Positions 44,144-55,248 of a stretch of 64,000 bases of DNA are shown here, piece after piece; positions within the stretch are counted from its first letter, which is position 1; the number at the start of each line of letters is the position of its first letter. The translations under genes and the position numbers were made by a program. Below the pieces are notes generated by a model that had not been told where the DNA came from, did no database searches, and saw only the letters and a program-made list of their open reading frames with translations. Source of the stretch: Micrococcales bacterium (GTDB taxonomy: Bacteria; Actinomycetota; Actinomycetes; Actinomycetales; Microbacteriaceae); the NCBI GenBank assembly GCA_017306245.1, contig JAFKIY010000002.1, positions 145,412-209,411 of the forward strand, written 5' to 3'.

Positions 44144-44269
44144 GGTTGGCAGTGACGCTTCTTTTGGCCTAGGATTGCTCTTTGGTGTCTTGGGGCGAGT
44201 TCTTTCCTGCCCTCGCCACCGACAATCATCCGCACGACCAGCAATCAGTACTACTCACGTTAGCGAGTT

Positions 44270-44491
44270 ATGGCAAAAAAAGACGGTGTCATCGAGATCG
44301 AGGGCTCGGTAGTCGAGGCTCTTCCCAACGCGATGTTTCGCGTTGAGTTGACCAACGGCCACAGGGTTCTCGCGCACATCTCAGGCAAGATGCGCCAGCA
44401 CTACATCCGAATCCTCCCGGAGGACAAGGTCATCGTAGAGCTCAGCCCATACGACCTCACGCGGGGACGAATCGTCTACCGCTATAAGTAG
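44270..44491 (+). CDS. infA: Translation initiation factor IF-1
   Basis: 73 aa. [42 protein letters not shown]. Confidence 0.97.
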   Translation: MAKKDGVIEIEGSVVEALPNAMFRVELTNGHRVLAHISGKMRQHYIRILPEDKVIVELSPYDLTRGRIVYRYK

Positions 44492-44557
44492 CACCGGTTG
44501 CCGGAAAGTAACGACCCGCGGCATTCCGCGGGTACGACGACAGCGAAGAGGCAAAAA

Positions 44558-44671
44558 ATGAAGGTCAACCCGAGCGTCAAAAAGATTTGCGAAAAATGCA
44601 AGGTGATTCGCCGCAACGGCCGGGTCATGGTTATCTGCGAAAACCCGCGCCACAAACAACGTCAGGGTTGA
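44558..44671 (+). CDS. rpmJ: 50S ribosomal protein L36 (Zn-ribbon C+ form)
   Basis: Not in the ORF track (37 aa). Own translation: [37 protein letters not shown]. Confidence 0.93.
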   Translation: MKVNPSVKKICEKCKVIRRNGRVMVICENPRHKQRQG

Positions 44672-44815
44672 GCCGTCCAGCTTCACTAACTCAATACGAA
44701 ATACGGCAGCACCGGATCCGCCACTGTTCCAGGACAGGAGCGGGGACACCATCGGTTGGAGGCCGATGCACAGGTTCTGCCCCATACCTCCACTGAACTA
44801 TCAGGAGTAGCCAGA

Positions 44816-45190
44816 ATGGCTCGTTTAGCAGGAGTGGATATTCCCCGCGACAAGCGCGTGGAAGTCGCACTGACATACATCTACGGAGTCGGACGCACCC
44901 GGTCACTCAAGGCCCTCGCGGACACCGGCATCAGCGGGGAGGTCCGCGTCAAGGACCTCAGCGATGACCAGCTCATCACGTTGCGCGACTACATCGAAAG
45001 CAACTTCAAGGTGGAGGGCGACCTTCGCCGCGAGGTGGCAGCGGACATCCGACGCAAGGTCGAAATCGGAAGCTACCAGGGCATCCGCCACCGCAAGGGC
45101 CTCCCGGTCCACGGTCAGCGCACGAAAACGAACGCGCGCACGCGCAAGGGACCGAAGCGCACCGTCGCCGGCAAGAAGAAGGCCCGCTAA
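44816..45190 (+). CDS. rpsM: 30S ribosomal protein S13
   Basis: ATG at 44816. [26 protein letters not shown]..., 124 aa. Confidence 0.97.
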   Translation: MARLAGVDIPRDKRVEVALTYIYGVGRTRSLKALADTGISGEVRVKDLSDDQLITLRDYIESNFKVEGDLRREVAADIRRKVEIGSYQGIRHRKGLPVHGQRTKTNARTRKGPKRTVAGKKKAR

Positions 45191-45229
45191 CCGCGGCCCG
45201 CTCAGAGATTTCGACAGGAGACCAGACAC

Positions 45230-45628
45230 ATGGCAGCACCGAAGACCGCGGCCCGCAAACCCCGCCGCAAAGAGAAGAAGAATGTCGCGGTGGGACAGGC
45301 CCACATCAAGTCGACGTTCAACAACACGATCGTCACCATCACCGACCCGAGCGGCGCAGTACTGGCCTGGTCCTCGTCCGGCGTCGTCGGATTCAAGGGA
45401 TCCCGCAAGTCGACCCCGTACGCCGCGCAGATGTCGGCAGAGTCGGCAGCGCGCCAGGCTCAGGAGCACGGCGTCAAGAAGGTCGACGTGTTCGTCAAGG
45501 GGCCCGGCTCCGGCCGCGAAACCGCGATCCGTTCGCTTCAGGCCGCCGGCCTCGAGGTGGGCTCGATCAACGACGTGACGCCGCAGGCCCACAACGGCTG
45601 CCGCCCTCCGAAGCGCCGCAGGGTCTGA
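45230..45628 (+). CDS. rpsK: 30S ribosomal protein S11
   Basis: 132 aa. [30 protein letters not shown]. Confidence 0.97.
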   Translation: MAAPKTAARKPRRKEKKNVAVGQAHIKSTFNNTIVTITDPSGAVLAWSSSGVVGFKGSRKSTPYAAQMSAESAARQAQEHGVKKVDVFVKGPGSGRETAIRSLQAAGLEVGSINDVTPQAHNGCRPPKRRRV

Positions 45629-45656
45629 CGCCACATCGCTTCCGCCGTGCGTCGAC

Positions 45657-45706
45657 GCGCTGGTGCCAGGAACGAGGGCCGATTCCGGCCGTCGCCACGC
45701 CAGCGC
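45657..45706 (-). repeat. REP-like palindromic element, divergent copy E (core GGCCGATTCCGGCC at 45677-45690)
   Basis: gcgctggtgccaggaacgagGGCCGATTCCGGCCgtcgccacgccagcgc. The ends gcgctgg/ccagcgc and the gtcgcc.acgcc flank are shared with copies A and B. Confidence 0.5.
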
Positions 45707-45838
45707 CGCACCCCGGGGTCCGGGCCAACAACCAGAACACATTTTCAACGCAAGCAATAACTCAAGAGAACAACCGGCCCGCCACCGGTTGAACGCCTAA
45801 GTGTCATATAGCGGACACTTCGCCGAAAGGAAAACACA

Positions 45839-46828
45839 GTGCTCATTGCACAGCGCCCCACCCTGACCGAAGAGAACATCTCGGAATTCCGGTCACGGTT
45901 CATCATCGAACCGCTCGAACCCGGCTTCGGCTACACACTCGGCAACTCGCTTCGCCGCACCCTCCTGTCGTCCATTCCGGGCGCGGCGGTCACGAGCATC
46001 CGGATCGACGGCGTGCTGCACGAATTCAGCACGATCCCCGGCGTGAAGGAAGATGTCACCGAAATCATCCTGAACGTGAAGGGGCTCGTGGTCTCGAGCG
46101 AGCACGACGAGCCGATCACGGCGTACCTGCGCAAGCAGGGTGCGGGCCAGGTCACCGCGGCGGACATTTCAGCGCCCGCCGGCGTGGAGATCCACAATCC
46201 CGAACTCGTGATCGCGACCCTGAACGACAAGGCCCGTTTCGAACTCGAGCTCACGATCGAGCGCGGGCGCGGCTACGTTTCGGCAACCCAGAACCGCAAC
46301 GAGTTCAGCGAAGCCGGCCAGATCCCGATCGACTCGATCTACTCGCCTGTACTGAAGGTCACCTACCGCGTCGAGGCTACCCGTGCCGGTGAGCGCACCG
46401 ACTTCGACCGCCTCGTGGTGGATGTCGAGACGAAGAGCGCGATCAGCCCGCGCGACGCGATCGCGTCGGCCGGCCGTACGCTGACCGAACTGTTCGGCCT
46501 CGCTCGCGAGCTCAACACCGCCGCAGAGGGCATCGAGATCGGCCCCGCGCCCGTGGATGCCGTGATGTCCAGCGAGTTGAGCATGCCCATCGAGGACCTC
46601 GACCTGTCGGTGCGCAGCTACAACTGCCTCAAGCGCGAGGGAATCAACTCCGTGAGTGAGCTTGTCGCTCTCTCCGAGACCCAGCTCATGAACATCCGGA
46701 ACTTCGGGCAGAAGTCGGTCGACGAGGTGAAGGACAAGCTCGTCGAGCTCGGGCTTTCGCTGAAGGATGCTGTTCCCGGATTCGACGGCGCCCACTTCTA
46801 CAGCGGCTACGACGACGAGAACAACTGA
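45839..46828 (+). CDS. rpoA: DNA-directed RNA polymerase subunit alpha
   Basis: 329 aa with GTG start. [43 protein letters not shown]. Confidence 0.97.
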   Translation: MLIAQRPTLTEENISEFRSRFIIEPLEPGFGYTLGNSLRRTLLSSIPGAAVTSIRIDGVLHEFSTIPGVKEDVTEIILNVKGLVVSSEHDEPITAYLRKQGAGQVTAADISAPAGVEIHNPELVIATLNDKARFELELTIERGRGYVSATQNRNEFSEAGQIPIDSIYSPVLKVTYRVEATRAGERTDFDRLVVDVETKSAISPRDAIASAGRTLTELFGLARELNTAAEGIEIGPAPVDAVMSSELSMPIEDLDLSVRSYNCLKREGINSVSELVALSETQLMNIRNFGQKSVDEVKDKLVELGLSLKDAVPGFDGAHFYSGYDDENN

Positions 46829-46867
46829 GCCCGGCCCCACCAATTCTGATTCTGGAGAAAACCAATA

Positions 46868-47494
46868 ATGCCTAAGCCAACCAAGGGCCCGCGTCTCGGA
46901 GGCGGACCGGCACACGAGCGCCTCCTGCTGGCGAACCTCGCCGCCGCACTGTTCACCCACAAGAGCATCAAGACGACGGAAACGAAGGCCAAGCGCCTGC
47001 GCCCAGTCGCCGAGCGCCTCATCACGTTCGCGAAGCGCGGCGACCTGCACGCGCGACGCCGGGTGCTGGCCGTGATCGGTGACAAGGGTGTCGTTCACGA
47101 GCTCTTCACCGAAATCGCGCCGCTCGTCGCCGAGCGCGACGGAGGTTACACCCGCATCACGAAACTCGGATTCCGCAAGGGAGACAATGCTCCGATGGTG
47201 CAGATCGAGCTCGTTCTCGAGCCCGTCAATGCCAAGCCGAGCGCGAAGGCGACCACGAAGAAGCCGAAGGCAGCGCCCGTCGTAGACGAGCCCGCCGAGG
47301 GCGCGTCGGATGAGACCCCAACGGAAGCCGCCGCGGTCGACGGGATCGTCACGGAGGACGTCGTGATCGAGACCGTTCCCGCCGAATCTGACATTGCAGA
47401 GGCTGCCGACGCGGACGATGCCGGAGAGGTCGCTAAGGCTGCTGACGGTTCGGCCGACGCCGATGCAGAGTCGGACGAGAGCGACGACAAGTAG
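46868..47494 (+). CDS. rplQ: 50S ribosomal protein L17 with about 90-aa acidic C-terminal tail
   Basis: 208 aa. [25 protein letters not shown]... is canonical up to about MVQIELV, followed by a D/E/A-rich tail ending [12 protein letters not shown]. Confidence 0.93.
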   Translation: MPKPTKGPRLGGGPAHERLLLANLAAALFTHKSIKTTETKAKRLRPVAERLITFAKRGDLHARRRVLAVIGDKGVVHELFTEIAPLVAERDGGYTRITKLGFRKGDNAPMVQIELVLEPVNAKPSAKATTKKPKAAPVVDEPAEGASDETPTEAAAVDGIVTEDVVIETVPAESDIAEAADADDAGEVAKAADGSADADAESDESDDK

Positions 47495-47502
47495 TTTCCT
47501 GT

Positions 47503-47538
47503 CAAAGAGGTCCGGCTCACTGGAGCCGGACCTCTTTG
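47503..47538 (+). terminator. Terminator hairpin of the alpha operon
   Basis: caaagaggtccggctc-actg-gagccggacctctttg, a 16-bp perfect stem, starts 9 nt after the rplQ stop. Confidence 0.75.
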
Positions 47539-47703
47539 CATCTCCCCGCCTCGGGCGATAGCGATTCGGACGAGAGTGGCCACCGAGGCGCTCTCGCGAG
47601 TCCGCATCACTATCACTGGGTGCGCTCTGCGGCCGCTATCATTCCCCTCGTGATTGAACTGAGTCCCCTGCGCGAACGGGTCGTTGCGCCGCGCGCGCTT
47701 CCA

Positions 47704-48675
47704 ATGCCCGTTTCGGATGACGAGGTCACCTGGCGTCCGGCAACCGCGGCGGATGCTCAGGCGATCTTCGACTGCGCACGGGCCATCGATGCGGCAGAGC
47801 ATCCGCACTATGTGACCACGCGGGAGGAGATCGAGGAAGAGCTCGGCCACTCCTATGTCGATCTCGAGCACGACTCGCTTATCGCCCTCGATCCGGATGG
47901 GCACGCGCTCGCGTATGGACTCGCCATCCTCGGGCCGAGCCAGGACACGCTTGTTCGTTCCATCCTCACGGGCGGCGTTCGGCCGTCCGCCCGAGGGCGG
48001 CACCTCGGCCGCGCGGTCCTCGCCTGGCAGGAGGCGCGCGCCCTGCAGCAGTTCGCCGGTTCCGACAAGCGCCTTCCGGGTTGGATGATCGTGTGGACGT
48101 TCGAAAGGGCGGAGGCCACCATCCGCCTGGCGCACAGGGCGGGTTTCCGGATCGCCCGGTACTTTCTCGAGCTGCGCCGGGACCTCTCGAAGCCGGTCAT
48201 CCCGCAGCAACTCGCCGGCTTCGACATTGTGCCGTTCGACGCATCCCGATCCGAAGCGGTTCGGCTGGCCCGCAATGATGCGTTCCGCGACCACTGGGGA
48301 AGCCAGCCGACGACCGAGGAGAACTGGAATGACATGGTCGCTCGATCCACATTCCGCCCCGACCTGTCGTTTCTCGCGATTGCCCCCGACGGGCGTATCG
48401 CCGGATTCGTGCTGAGCGAAGTCAACGAGGAGGACTTCGAGCCGCAGGGGTTCAGTTCCGCGTACATCGACCTCGTCGGCGTCCCCAGGGCCTTCCGCCG
48501 GCGCGGCGTGGCCCCCGCGCTGCTCACGCGCACGCTGGAGGCGATCGCGGCGGCAGGACTGGAAATGGCGGTGCTCGACGTCGACGCCGAAAGCCCCACC
48601 GGCGCGCTCGGCCTGTACACGCACCTGGGTTTCGCCGAGGCCAACCGCAGCCTGCAGCTCAACAAGGAGTTTTAG
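47704..48675 (+). CDS. Tandem-GNAT N-acetyltransferase (MshD-like two-domain architecture)
   Basis: ORF 47536..48675 with likely ATG at 47704. Two acetyl-CoA motifs are present, VRPSARGRHLGRAVL and VPRAFRRRGVAPALL. Substrate unknown. Confidence 0.7.
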   Translation: MPVSDDEVTWRPATAADAQAIFDCARAIDAAEHPHYVTTREEIEEELGHSYVDLEHDSLIALDPDGHALAYGLAILGPSQDTLVRSILTGGVRPSARGRHLGRAVLAWQEARALQQFAGSDKRLPGWMIVWTFERAEATIRLAHRAGFRIARYFLELRRDLSKPVIPQQLAGFDIVPFDASRSEAVRLARNDAFRDHWGSQPTTEENWNDMVARSTFRPDLSFLAIAPDGRIAGFVLSEVNEEDFEPQGFSSAYIDLVGVPRAFRRRGVAPALLTRTLEAIAAAGLEMAVLDVDAESPTGALGLYTHLGFAEANRSLQLNKEF

Positions 48676-48823
48676 CCGCGCAGCGCCGTCTCGCCGCGCT
48701 CATCGTGAAAACGGCTGATCCGGACGAGCTCGTGCGCCTCGGCATGCACGTCCGTCCGAAGTGCACCAGCTCTGCGAACCCCGCGGCAGGCAAGAGGAGC
48801 GCTGCGCTCAGTAGACTCGGCGC

Positions 48824-49735
48824 GTGGACAGGGAAGCCGAACACGCGGAGGACGGCGCGGAAGCGCGCGCGGAGCCCGCCGCGCTGCCGCACGGCATCAG
48901 GCTGCGGCTCGACATCGCTTACGACGGAACCGATTTTCACGGGTGGGGCAGGCAGCCCGGCCTCCGCACGGTGCAGGGTGTTCTGGAGGACGCGCTCGGG
49001 ACGGTGTTCGGGCGGCACGGCGACCCGCCCGTCCTCACGGTCGCAGGGCGCACGGACGCCGGAGTGCACGCGCTCGGCCAGGTTGCGCATCTGGATGTCA
49101 CGAGCGAGCAGCTTTCGAGCCTGAACCGTTCGCGCCGCGGCGGCGGCGCAGAATCCCTCGCGGACAGGCTGAATGGGATTGCCGGGCTCGACGCGGATGT
49201 CTGGGTGACCAGTTCGATCCTCGCCCCCCTGGGATTCGACGCGAGGTTTTCGGCCGTGTGGCGCCGCTATGACTACCGCGTCGCCGACACGGTCGCCCCG
49301 CGCAATCCGCTCGATCGCCGCAACACCCTGTGGTTTCCCGCCGCGCTCGACGTCGAATCCATGCACGATGCAGCGCAGGCGCTGCTCGGCCTGCACGACT
49401 GGACGTCGTTCTGCAAATCCCGCGAGGGGGCGACGAGCATCCGAACCCTTCAGGAATTCTCCTGGGAGCGGGATGATCGGGGCATTCTCGTCGCGCACGT
49501 GCGCGCGGATGCGTTTTGCCACAGCATGGTTCGCGCCCTCGTCGGTGCCACGATCGCGGTGGGACAGCGCAGGATCTCAGCGGCTAGGCTTCTGGAGATC
49601 CGGGACGAACTCGAGCGCACGAGCGAGTTTAAGGTCGTGCCTTCGAAAGGCCTGACTCTCATGGAGGTCGGCTATCCGAATGATGCTGAGCTCGCCGCAC
49701 GAGCGTTGCAGACGCGCGCCCGACGCGAGGTTTGA
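48824..49735 (+). CDS. truA: tRNA pseudouridine(38-40) synthase
   Basis: 303 aa. RLRLDIAYDGTDFHGWGRQPGLRTVQG and the catalytic GRTDAGVHA motif. The exact start is uncertain. Confidence 0.9.
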   Translation: MDREAEHAEDGAEARAEPAALPHGIRLRLDIAYDGTDFHGWGRQPGLRTVQGVLEDALGTVFGRHGDPPVLTVAGRTDAGVHALGQVAHLDVTSEQLSSLNRSRRGGGAESLADRLNGIAGLDADVWVTSSILAPLGFDARFSAVWRRYDYRVADTVAPRNPLDRRNTLWFPAALDVESMHDAAQALLGLHDWTSFCKSREGATSIRTLQEFSWERDDRGILVAHVRADAFCHSMVRALVGATIAVGQRRISAARLLEIRDELERTSEFKVVPSKGLTLMEVGYPNDAELAARALQTRARREV

Positions 49736-49900
49736 CCGGGCCCGCCGGTTCGACTATTGTTGACCCTTGGTGCCTGCGAATGCCGGGCATCACGAAGCTG
49801 AGCCCTCCACCGGATTCGTTCACGTCGCAGTGCGCGTCGCCAACGGCCACGGAGTGGGATTCACGAACACCTCCCTTCGACCAGAGAGCAGTGCCGTTCC

Positions 49901-50344
49901 ATGCGTACATACACACCCAAGCCTGACACCGTCACGCGCGATTGGCTCATCATCGACGCCACGGATGTCGTGCTTGGCCGACTTGCCAGCCACGTCGCAG
50001 TTCTACTCCGCGGCAAGCACAAGGCCACTTTTGCCCCCCACGTGGACACGGGCGATTTCGTCATCGTCATCAACGCCGAGAAAGTTGCCCTGACCGGCGC
50101 GAAGCTCGAACAGAAGAAGGCGTACACCCACTCCGGGTACCCGGGCGGGCTGTCCGCGACGAGCTACTCGCAGATGCTCGCCAAGCACCCCACGCGCGCC
50201 GTCGAGAAGGCCGTTCGTGGAATGCTCCCGAAGAACTCGATCGGCCGCGCCCAGCTGAACAAGCTCAAGGTGTACGCCGGTGCCGAGCACCCCCACGCTG
50301 CGCAGCAGCCCAAGCCCTACTCACTGACCCAGGTCGCGCAGTAG
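49901..50344 (+). CDS. rplM: 50S ribosomal protein L13
   Basis: 147 aa. [30 protein letters not shown]. Confidence 0.97.
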   Translation: MRTYTPKPDTVTRDWLIIDATDVVLGRLASHVAVLLRGKHKATFAPHVDTGDFVIVINAEKVALTGAKLEQKKAYTHSGYPGGLSATSYSQMLAKHPTRAVEKAVRGMLPKNSIGRAQLNKLKVYAGAEHPHAAQQPKPYSLTQVAQ

Positions 50345-50371
50345 CGCCGGCTGACAAGCAAAGGATTTTTC

Positions 50372-50980
50372 ATGGCGAAGATTTCAGACTCCATCGACAA
50401 CCCGATTGACGGCGAGGCCGCAGTCGAGGCTGCCGCAGTGGAGACTCCAGCCGCCGAGGCGGCGGCTCCGGCAGCCAAGGCTCCGGCGGCCAAGGCCCCC
50501 GCGGTTGACGTCGCGGACGGCGACGTGCCGGAGACCTTCACGACCGAGACCCCTGTCGAAGCGGCCCTCAAGGCGCCGCGTCCGGCGCTGAACGTGCCCG
50601 GCGCGGCAGTCGGCCGTCGCAAGCAGGCGATCGCCCGCGTGCGTCTCATCCCCGGCGCCGGCACGATCACGGTCAACGGCCGCGACCTCGCGAACTACTT
50701 CCCGAACAAGCTTCACCAGCAGCTCATCAACGACCCGTTCAAGGTTCTCGACCTGCTGGGCAGCTACGACGTCATCGCGCGCATCACCGGCGGCGGCCCG
50801 TCCGGGCAGGCCGGAGCGCTGCGCCTCGGCATCGCCAGGGCGCTGAACGAGATCGACCGCGAAAACAACCGTGCAGACCTGAAGAAGGCCGGCTTCCTGA
50901 GCCGCGATGCACGCGTCATCGAGCGCAAGAAGGCGGGTCTGAAGAAGGCCCGCAAGGCTCCTCAGTTCTCGAAGCGCTAA
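50372..50980 (+). CDS. rpsI: 30S ribosomal protein S9 with Ala-rich N-terminal extension
   Basis: 202 aa. The canonical part starts at [15 protein letters not shown] and ends [12 protein letters not shown]. About 75 aa of extension precede it. Confidence 0.93.
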   Translation: MAKISDSIDNPIDGEAAVEAAAVETPAAEAAAPAAKAPAAKAPAVDVADGDVPETFTTETPVEAALKAPRPALNVPGAAVGRRKQAIARVRLIPGAGTITVNGRDLANYFPNKLHQQLINDPFKVLDLLGSYDVIARITGGGPSGQAGALRLGIARALNEIDRENNRADLKKAGFLSRDARVIERKKAGLKKARKAPQFSKR

Positions 50981-51001
50981 CCCCGCCGACTCGGCACTGA
51001 C

Positions 51002-52363
51002 ATGCCACGGCTTTTCGGTACGGATGGCGTTCGGGGCCTCGCCAACGAGACCCTGACGGTCGAACTCGCGCTGCGCCTGGCGCAGGCGGCGGCCGTCGTT
51101 CTCGGCAAGGGCCGCTACGCGGACGGTCGGCGAGCGTCGGGGCGCCGCCCCGTCGCGGTTCTCGCGCGCGACCCGAGGGTGTCCGGTGAGTTTTTGGCGT
51201 CCGCCGTCGCGGCGGGTCTCGCGAGTTCCGGCGTCGACATTTACGACGCGGGCGTCATCCCCACCCCGGCCCTCGCGTTCCTGGTCGCCGATTTCCACGC
51301 CGATTTCGGGGTCATGGTGTCGGCATCCCACAACCCGGCCCCGGACAACGGGATCAAGTTCTTCGCGGCGCGCGGCACCAAGCTGCCGGACGAAGTTGAG
51401 GACCGCATCGAAGCGGCGCTCGCCGAACCGCCCATCGCCCCGACGGGGGCGGAGGTCGGGCGAATCCGCCGGTTCGCCGATGCGGAGGACCGCTATCTCG
51501 TGCACCTGCTCGGCACGCTCCCTGCGCGGCTCGACGGCATCCACGTGGTGCTCGACTGCGCGCACGGAGCCGCCTCCGGTGTCTCCCCCGACGCCTTCAG
51601 CAAGGCAGGAGCGACCGTCACGCTCATCGGCGCCGACCCGGACGGGGTGAACATCAACGACGGCGTCGGATCCACGCACCTCGGATTGCTGACCCAAACC
51701 GTCATCGAGACCGGCGCCGACCTGGGGATCGCCCACGACGGGGACGCCGACCGTTGCCTTGCCGTTGACGCGGCAGGAAACATCATCGACGGCGACCAGA
51801 TCATGGCGATCCTGGCCCTGTCCATGAAGGAACGCGGGCTGCTCGCCCACGACACGCTCGTGGCCACGGTGATGAGCAATCTCGGTTTGCGCCTGGCCAT
51901 GGCGGAGCACGGCATCACGATGCTCGAGACGAGGGTGGGGGACCGTTACGTGCTCGAAGCGCTCGCCTCCAGCGGCGCCGTGCTCGGCGGGGAGCAGTCC
52001 GGCCACGTCATCATGGCCGACCATGCGACGACGGGCGACGGGATAATGACAGGCCTGCACCTCGCCGCCGAGATTGCACGGACCGGCAAGTCCCTGGCCG
52101 AGCTCGCCTCGGTGATGACCATCTACCCTCAGGTCATGGTCAATGTGAAGGATGTCGATCGAGAGTCGCTCGGCGACGATGACACGATCGCCGCCGCCGT
52201 CGTGGTCGCGCAGGAAAAACTGGGCAGCAAGGGCAGGGTGCTGTTGCGCCCTTCGGGGACGGAACCGCTCGTGCGCGTCATGGTCGAAGCATCCGATCAG
52301 GCGGTGGCCGACGAAATCGCGAATGACCTCGCGGCGATCGTCACGAAGCGCCTCTCCCGCTAG
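51002..52363 (+). CDS. glmM: Phosphoglucosamine mutase
   Basis: 453 aa. [12 protein letters not shown] and the active-site [15 protein letters not shown]. Confidence 0.95.
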   Translation: MPRLFGTDGVRGLANETLTVELALRLAQAAAVVLGKGRYADGRRASGRRPVAVLARDPRVSGEFLASAVAAGLASSGVDIYDAGVIPTPALAFLVADFHADFGVMVSASHNPAPDNGIKFFAARGTKLPDEVEDRIEAALAEPPIAPTGAEVGRIRRFADAEDRYLVHLLGTLPARLDGIHVVLDCAHGAASGVSPDAFSKAGATVTLIGADPDGVNINDGVGSTHLGLLTQTVIETGADLGIAHDGDADRCLAVDAAGNIIDGDQIMAILALSMKERGLLAHDTLVATVMSNLGLRLAMAEHGITMLETRVGDRYVLEALASSGAVLGGEQSGHVIMADHATTGDGIMTGLHLAAEIARTGKSLAELASVMTIYPQVMVNVKDVDRESLGDDDTIAAAVVVAQEKLGSKGRVLLRPSGTEPLVRVMVEASDQAVADEIANDLAAIVTKRLSR

Positions 52364-52383
52364 TACCGCCGGGCCGGCACGGC

Positions 52384-53331
52384 TTAGATCTTGCGCAACA
52401 GCACGGTGCTGACGGCGTGCCTGGTTTCCTTCCGCAGAACCAGCGTCGCCCGCGACCGGGTCGGCAGGATGTTCTGAACCAGGTTCGGTTCGTTGATGGT
52501 CGACCAAATGCTGCGCGCCTTCGCGAGGGCTTCATCCTCGCTCAGGTTCGAGTAGCGGTGGAAGTAGGACTGCGGGTCGGCGAATGCGCCCTTCTGAAGC
52601 TTCAGGAAGCGCTCCTCGTACCAGGTGGCAATGTCCTGGGTTCGCGCGTCGACATAGATCGTGAAGTCAAAGAGATCGCTCACCGCGAGCTTCCGGCCCG
52701 GCGCCGGCGGCTGGAGCACGTTGAGCCCCTCGACGATGAGGATGTCGGGCCGCCGCACCACAATTTCCTCCCCCGGGACGATGTCGTAGCTGAAGTGCGA
52801 GTACAGCGGCGCCCTGACCTCATCCGCCCCGCTCTTGACGAGCATGACGAATCGAAGCAGCGCCCTGCGGTCATACGACTCCGGGAAGCCTTTGCGGTCA
52901 AGGATTCCCCTGCGCTCCAACTCCGCGTTCGGGAGGAGGAAGCCGTCGGTGGTCACGAGTTCGACGCGCGGGGTGTCGTCCCAGCGTTCGAGAAGAGCCC
53001 GAAGCACCCGCGCGATGGTGGACTTGCCCACGGCGACCGAGCCGGCGATGCCGATGACGAACGGCGTGCTTTGGCTGCGCTGCCGCAGGAAACTGCTCGT
53101 CGCGGCGTGGAGGCGTTGCGCGCCGACCGCGTACAGGCTGATGAGCTTGCTGAGCGGAAGGTAGACCTCGCGCACCTCGTCCAGGCTCAGGTTCTCGCCC
53201 AGTCCCTGGAGGTCGCGCAGCTGCGCGGAGGGGAGCAATTGCTGGGTGCTGGGCGCGAGCTCGGCCCACGCCTGGCGGTCCAGCTCCAGGAACGGCGACG
53301 GGTGACCGTTGGTATGTGTGGGCTCAGGCAT
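52384..53331 (-). CDS. coaA: Type I pantothenate kinase
   Basis: 315 aa. P-loop [17 protein letters not shown] and the C-terminal ending ATLVLRK... Confidence 0.93.
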   Translation of the reverse strand: MPEPTHTNGHPSPFLELDRQAWAELAPSTQQLLPSAQLRDLQGLGENLSLDEVREVYLPLSKLISLYAVGAQRLHAATSSFLRQRSQSTPFVIGIAGSVAVGKSTIARVLRALLERWDDTPRVELVTTDGFLLPNAELERRGILDRKGFPESYDRRALLRFVMLVKSGADEVRAPLYSHFSYDIVPGEEIVVRRPDILIVEGLNVLQPPAPGRKLAVSDLFDFTIYVDARTQDIATWYEERFLKLQKGAFADPQSYFHRYSNLSEDEALAKARSIWSTINEPNLVQNILPTRSRATLVLRKETRHAVSTVLLRKI

Positions 53332-53389
53332 CCAGAACAGACTACTCGCGGACGAAAGCTCACAGCGCGGGTGTCCTACAATTCAGACC

Positions 53390-55243
53390 ATGTGCGGAAT
53401 CGTGGGATATGTCGGAACCGACCACAGCGTCGAAGTTCTGTTGGGTGGTTTGCGGCGTTTGGAGTACCGGGGATACGACTCGGCCGGGGTGGCCGTGATC
53501 GGCATCGACGGCGCACTTCGCACCCGCAAGCACGCGGGAAAGCTGCAGATCCTGGTCGATGATCTCGACGAGACCGCGATGCCCAACGGCTCGACCGGGA
53601 TCGGCCACACGCGGTGGGCCACGCACGGCGGTCCCACCGACGAGAACGCCCATCCGCACCTCGGCGATGGCGGCAAGCTCGCGCTCATCCACAACGGCAT
53701 CATCGAAAATTTCGCGGAGTTGAAGGCCGAGCTGCTCGCCGATCACCCGGAGACGGTGTTCACGAGCGAAACGGACAGCGAGGTCGCCGCCCACCTCGTC
53801 GGCTACGCGTTCCGCGAGACGCACGACGTCACCGAGGCGCTGCGCTCGGTGGTGGCGAAGCTGCACGGCGCGTTCACGCTCCTGGCGATGCATCAGGACC
53901 AGCCCGGGACGGTCGTCGGCGCTCGGAGGAATTCCCCCCTCGTCATCGGGCTCGGGGACGGTGAGAACTTCCTCGGGTCGGATGTCGCCGCGTTCGTCGA
54001 ACACACCCGCAGGGCGATGGCGATCGGCCAGGACCAGCTGGTGACGATCACGGCGGATTCGATTACGGTCACCGACTTCGACGGCAACCCGGTCGATTCG
54101 GAGGAGTTCGAGATCACGTGGGATGCCGCCGCCGCGGAGAAGGGCGGCTGGTCCAGCTTCATGGCGAAGGAGATCAGCGAGGAGCCGGAGGCGATCGCCA
54201 ACACGCTTCTCGGCCGCAGCGTCGACGGCGAGGTTCGCCTCCCCGAACTGGAGGACGACGACGAGCGGCTGGCCGGGATCGAGCGCATCGTCATCCTCGG
54301 GTGTGGCACGGCCTCCTACTCGGGCATGCTCGGCAAGTACGCGATCGAAAAGTGGGCGCGGATCCCCGTCGAAGTCGAGCTGTCCCACGAGTTCCGCTAC
54401 CGCGATCCGGTTCTGGATGCCAAAACGCTCGTGATTTCCATCAGCCAGTCCGGCGAGACGATGGACACGCTCATGGCCGTCCAGTACGCGAAGAAGGCGG
54501 GAGCCCACACGATTTCGGTGTGCAACACGCAGGGCGCGACGATCGCCCGCGAATCCGATGCCGTGATTTACACCCACGCGGGACCCGAAGTGGCGGTCGC
54601 GTCGACGAAGGCGTTCGTGGCGCAGGTGGCGGCGCTGTACCTGTTCGGGCTGCACCTCGCACGCGTGAGGGGGACGCTCGACCCGGCCGAGTCTGCCGGG
54701 CTCCTGGAGGAGTTGAAGGCGGTACCTGAGCAGTTGGCGACCGTGCTTGAGCAGCACGACCGCATCCGGGAGCTCGCCCACTGGATGGCGGATTCCCGCG
54801 CCGTTCTGTTCCTCGGGCGGCACGTCGGGTTCCCGGTGGCGCTGGAGGGGGCGCTCAAGCTCAAGGAGCTCGCCTACATCCATGCGGAAGGGTTTGCGGC
54901 GGCCGAGCTGAAGCACGGGCCGATCGCGCTCATCGAACCCGGCCAGCCGGTGTTCGTCATTGTGCCGAGCCCGCGCGGGAAGGGGTCTCTGCATCCGAAG
55001 GTCGTGTCGAACATCCAGGAGATCAAGGCACGCGGCGCCCGCGTGCTCGTGATCGCGGAGGCCGGCGACGCCGCGGTGCTGCCGTACGCGGATGAGGTCT
55101 TCACGATCCCCCTCGCCTCCACCATGTTCGAGCCCATGCTCGCGGTCGCCCCGTTGCAGATTTTCGCGATGGAGCTCGCCGCCGCGAAGGGTCTGGATGT
55201 CGACCAGCCGCGCAACCTCGCGAAATCGGTGACGGTCGAGTAG
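53390..55243 (+). CDS. glmS: Glutamine--fructose-6-phosphate aminotransferase
   Basis: ATG at 53390 gives MCGIVGYVG (N-terminal catalytic Cys). Two SIS domains. C-terminal LAKSVTVE. Confidence 0.97.
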   Translation: MCGIVGYVGTDHSVEVLLGGLRRLEYRGYDSAGVAVIGIDGALRTRKHAGKLQILVDDLDETAMPNGSTGIGHTRWATHGGPTDENAHPHLGDGGKLALIHNGIIENFAELKAELLADHPETVFTSETDSEVAAHLVGYAFRETHDVTEALRSVVAKLHGAFTLLAMHQDQPGTVVGARRNSPLVIGLGDGENFLGSDVAAFVEHTRRAMAIGQDQLVTITADSITVTDFDGNPVDSEEFEITWDAAAAEKGGWSSFMAKEISEEPEAIANTLLGRSVDGEVRLPELEDDDERLAGIERIVILGCGTASYSGMLGKYAIEKWARIPVEVELSHEFRYRDPVLDAKTLVISISQSGETMDTLMAVQYAKKAGAHTISVCNTQGATIARESDAVIYTHAGPEVAVASTKAFVAQVAALYLFGLHLARVRGTLDPAESAGLLEELKAVPEQLATVLEQHDRIRELAHWMADSRAVLFLGRHVGFPVALEGALKLKELAYIHAEGFAAAELKHGPIALIEPGQPVFVIVPSPRGKGSLHPKVVSNIQEIKARGARVLVIAEAGDAAVLPYADEVFTIPLASTMFEPMLAVAPLQIFAMELAAAKGLDVDQPRNLAKSVTVE

Positions 55244-55248
55244 CGCGC

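Noticed and set aside
47539-47703. Possible duplicated remnant of the rplQ tail (tcggacgagag shared between 47471-47481 and 47565-47575)
   Set aside because: Only an 11-nt match exists, which is too short to distinguish from chance without a proper alignment.
53332-53389. glmS ribozyme upstream of glmS
   Set aside because: The coaA-glmS divergent spacer is only 58 bp, far too short for the ribozyme of about 170 nt, and no conserved core is visible.
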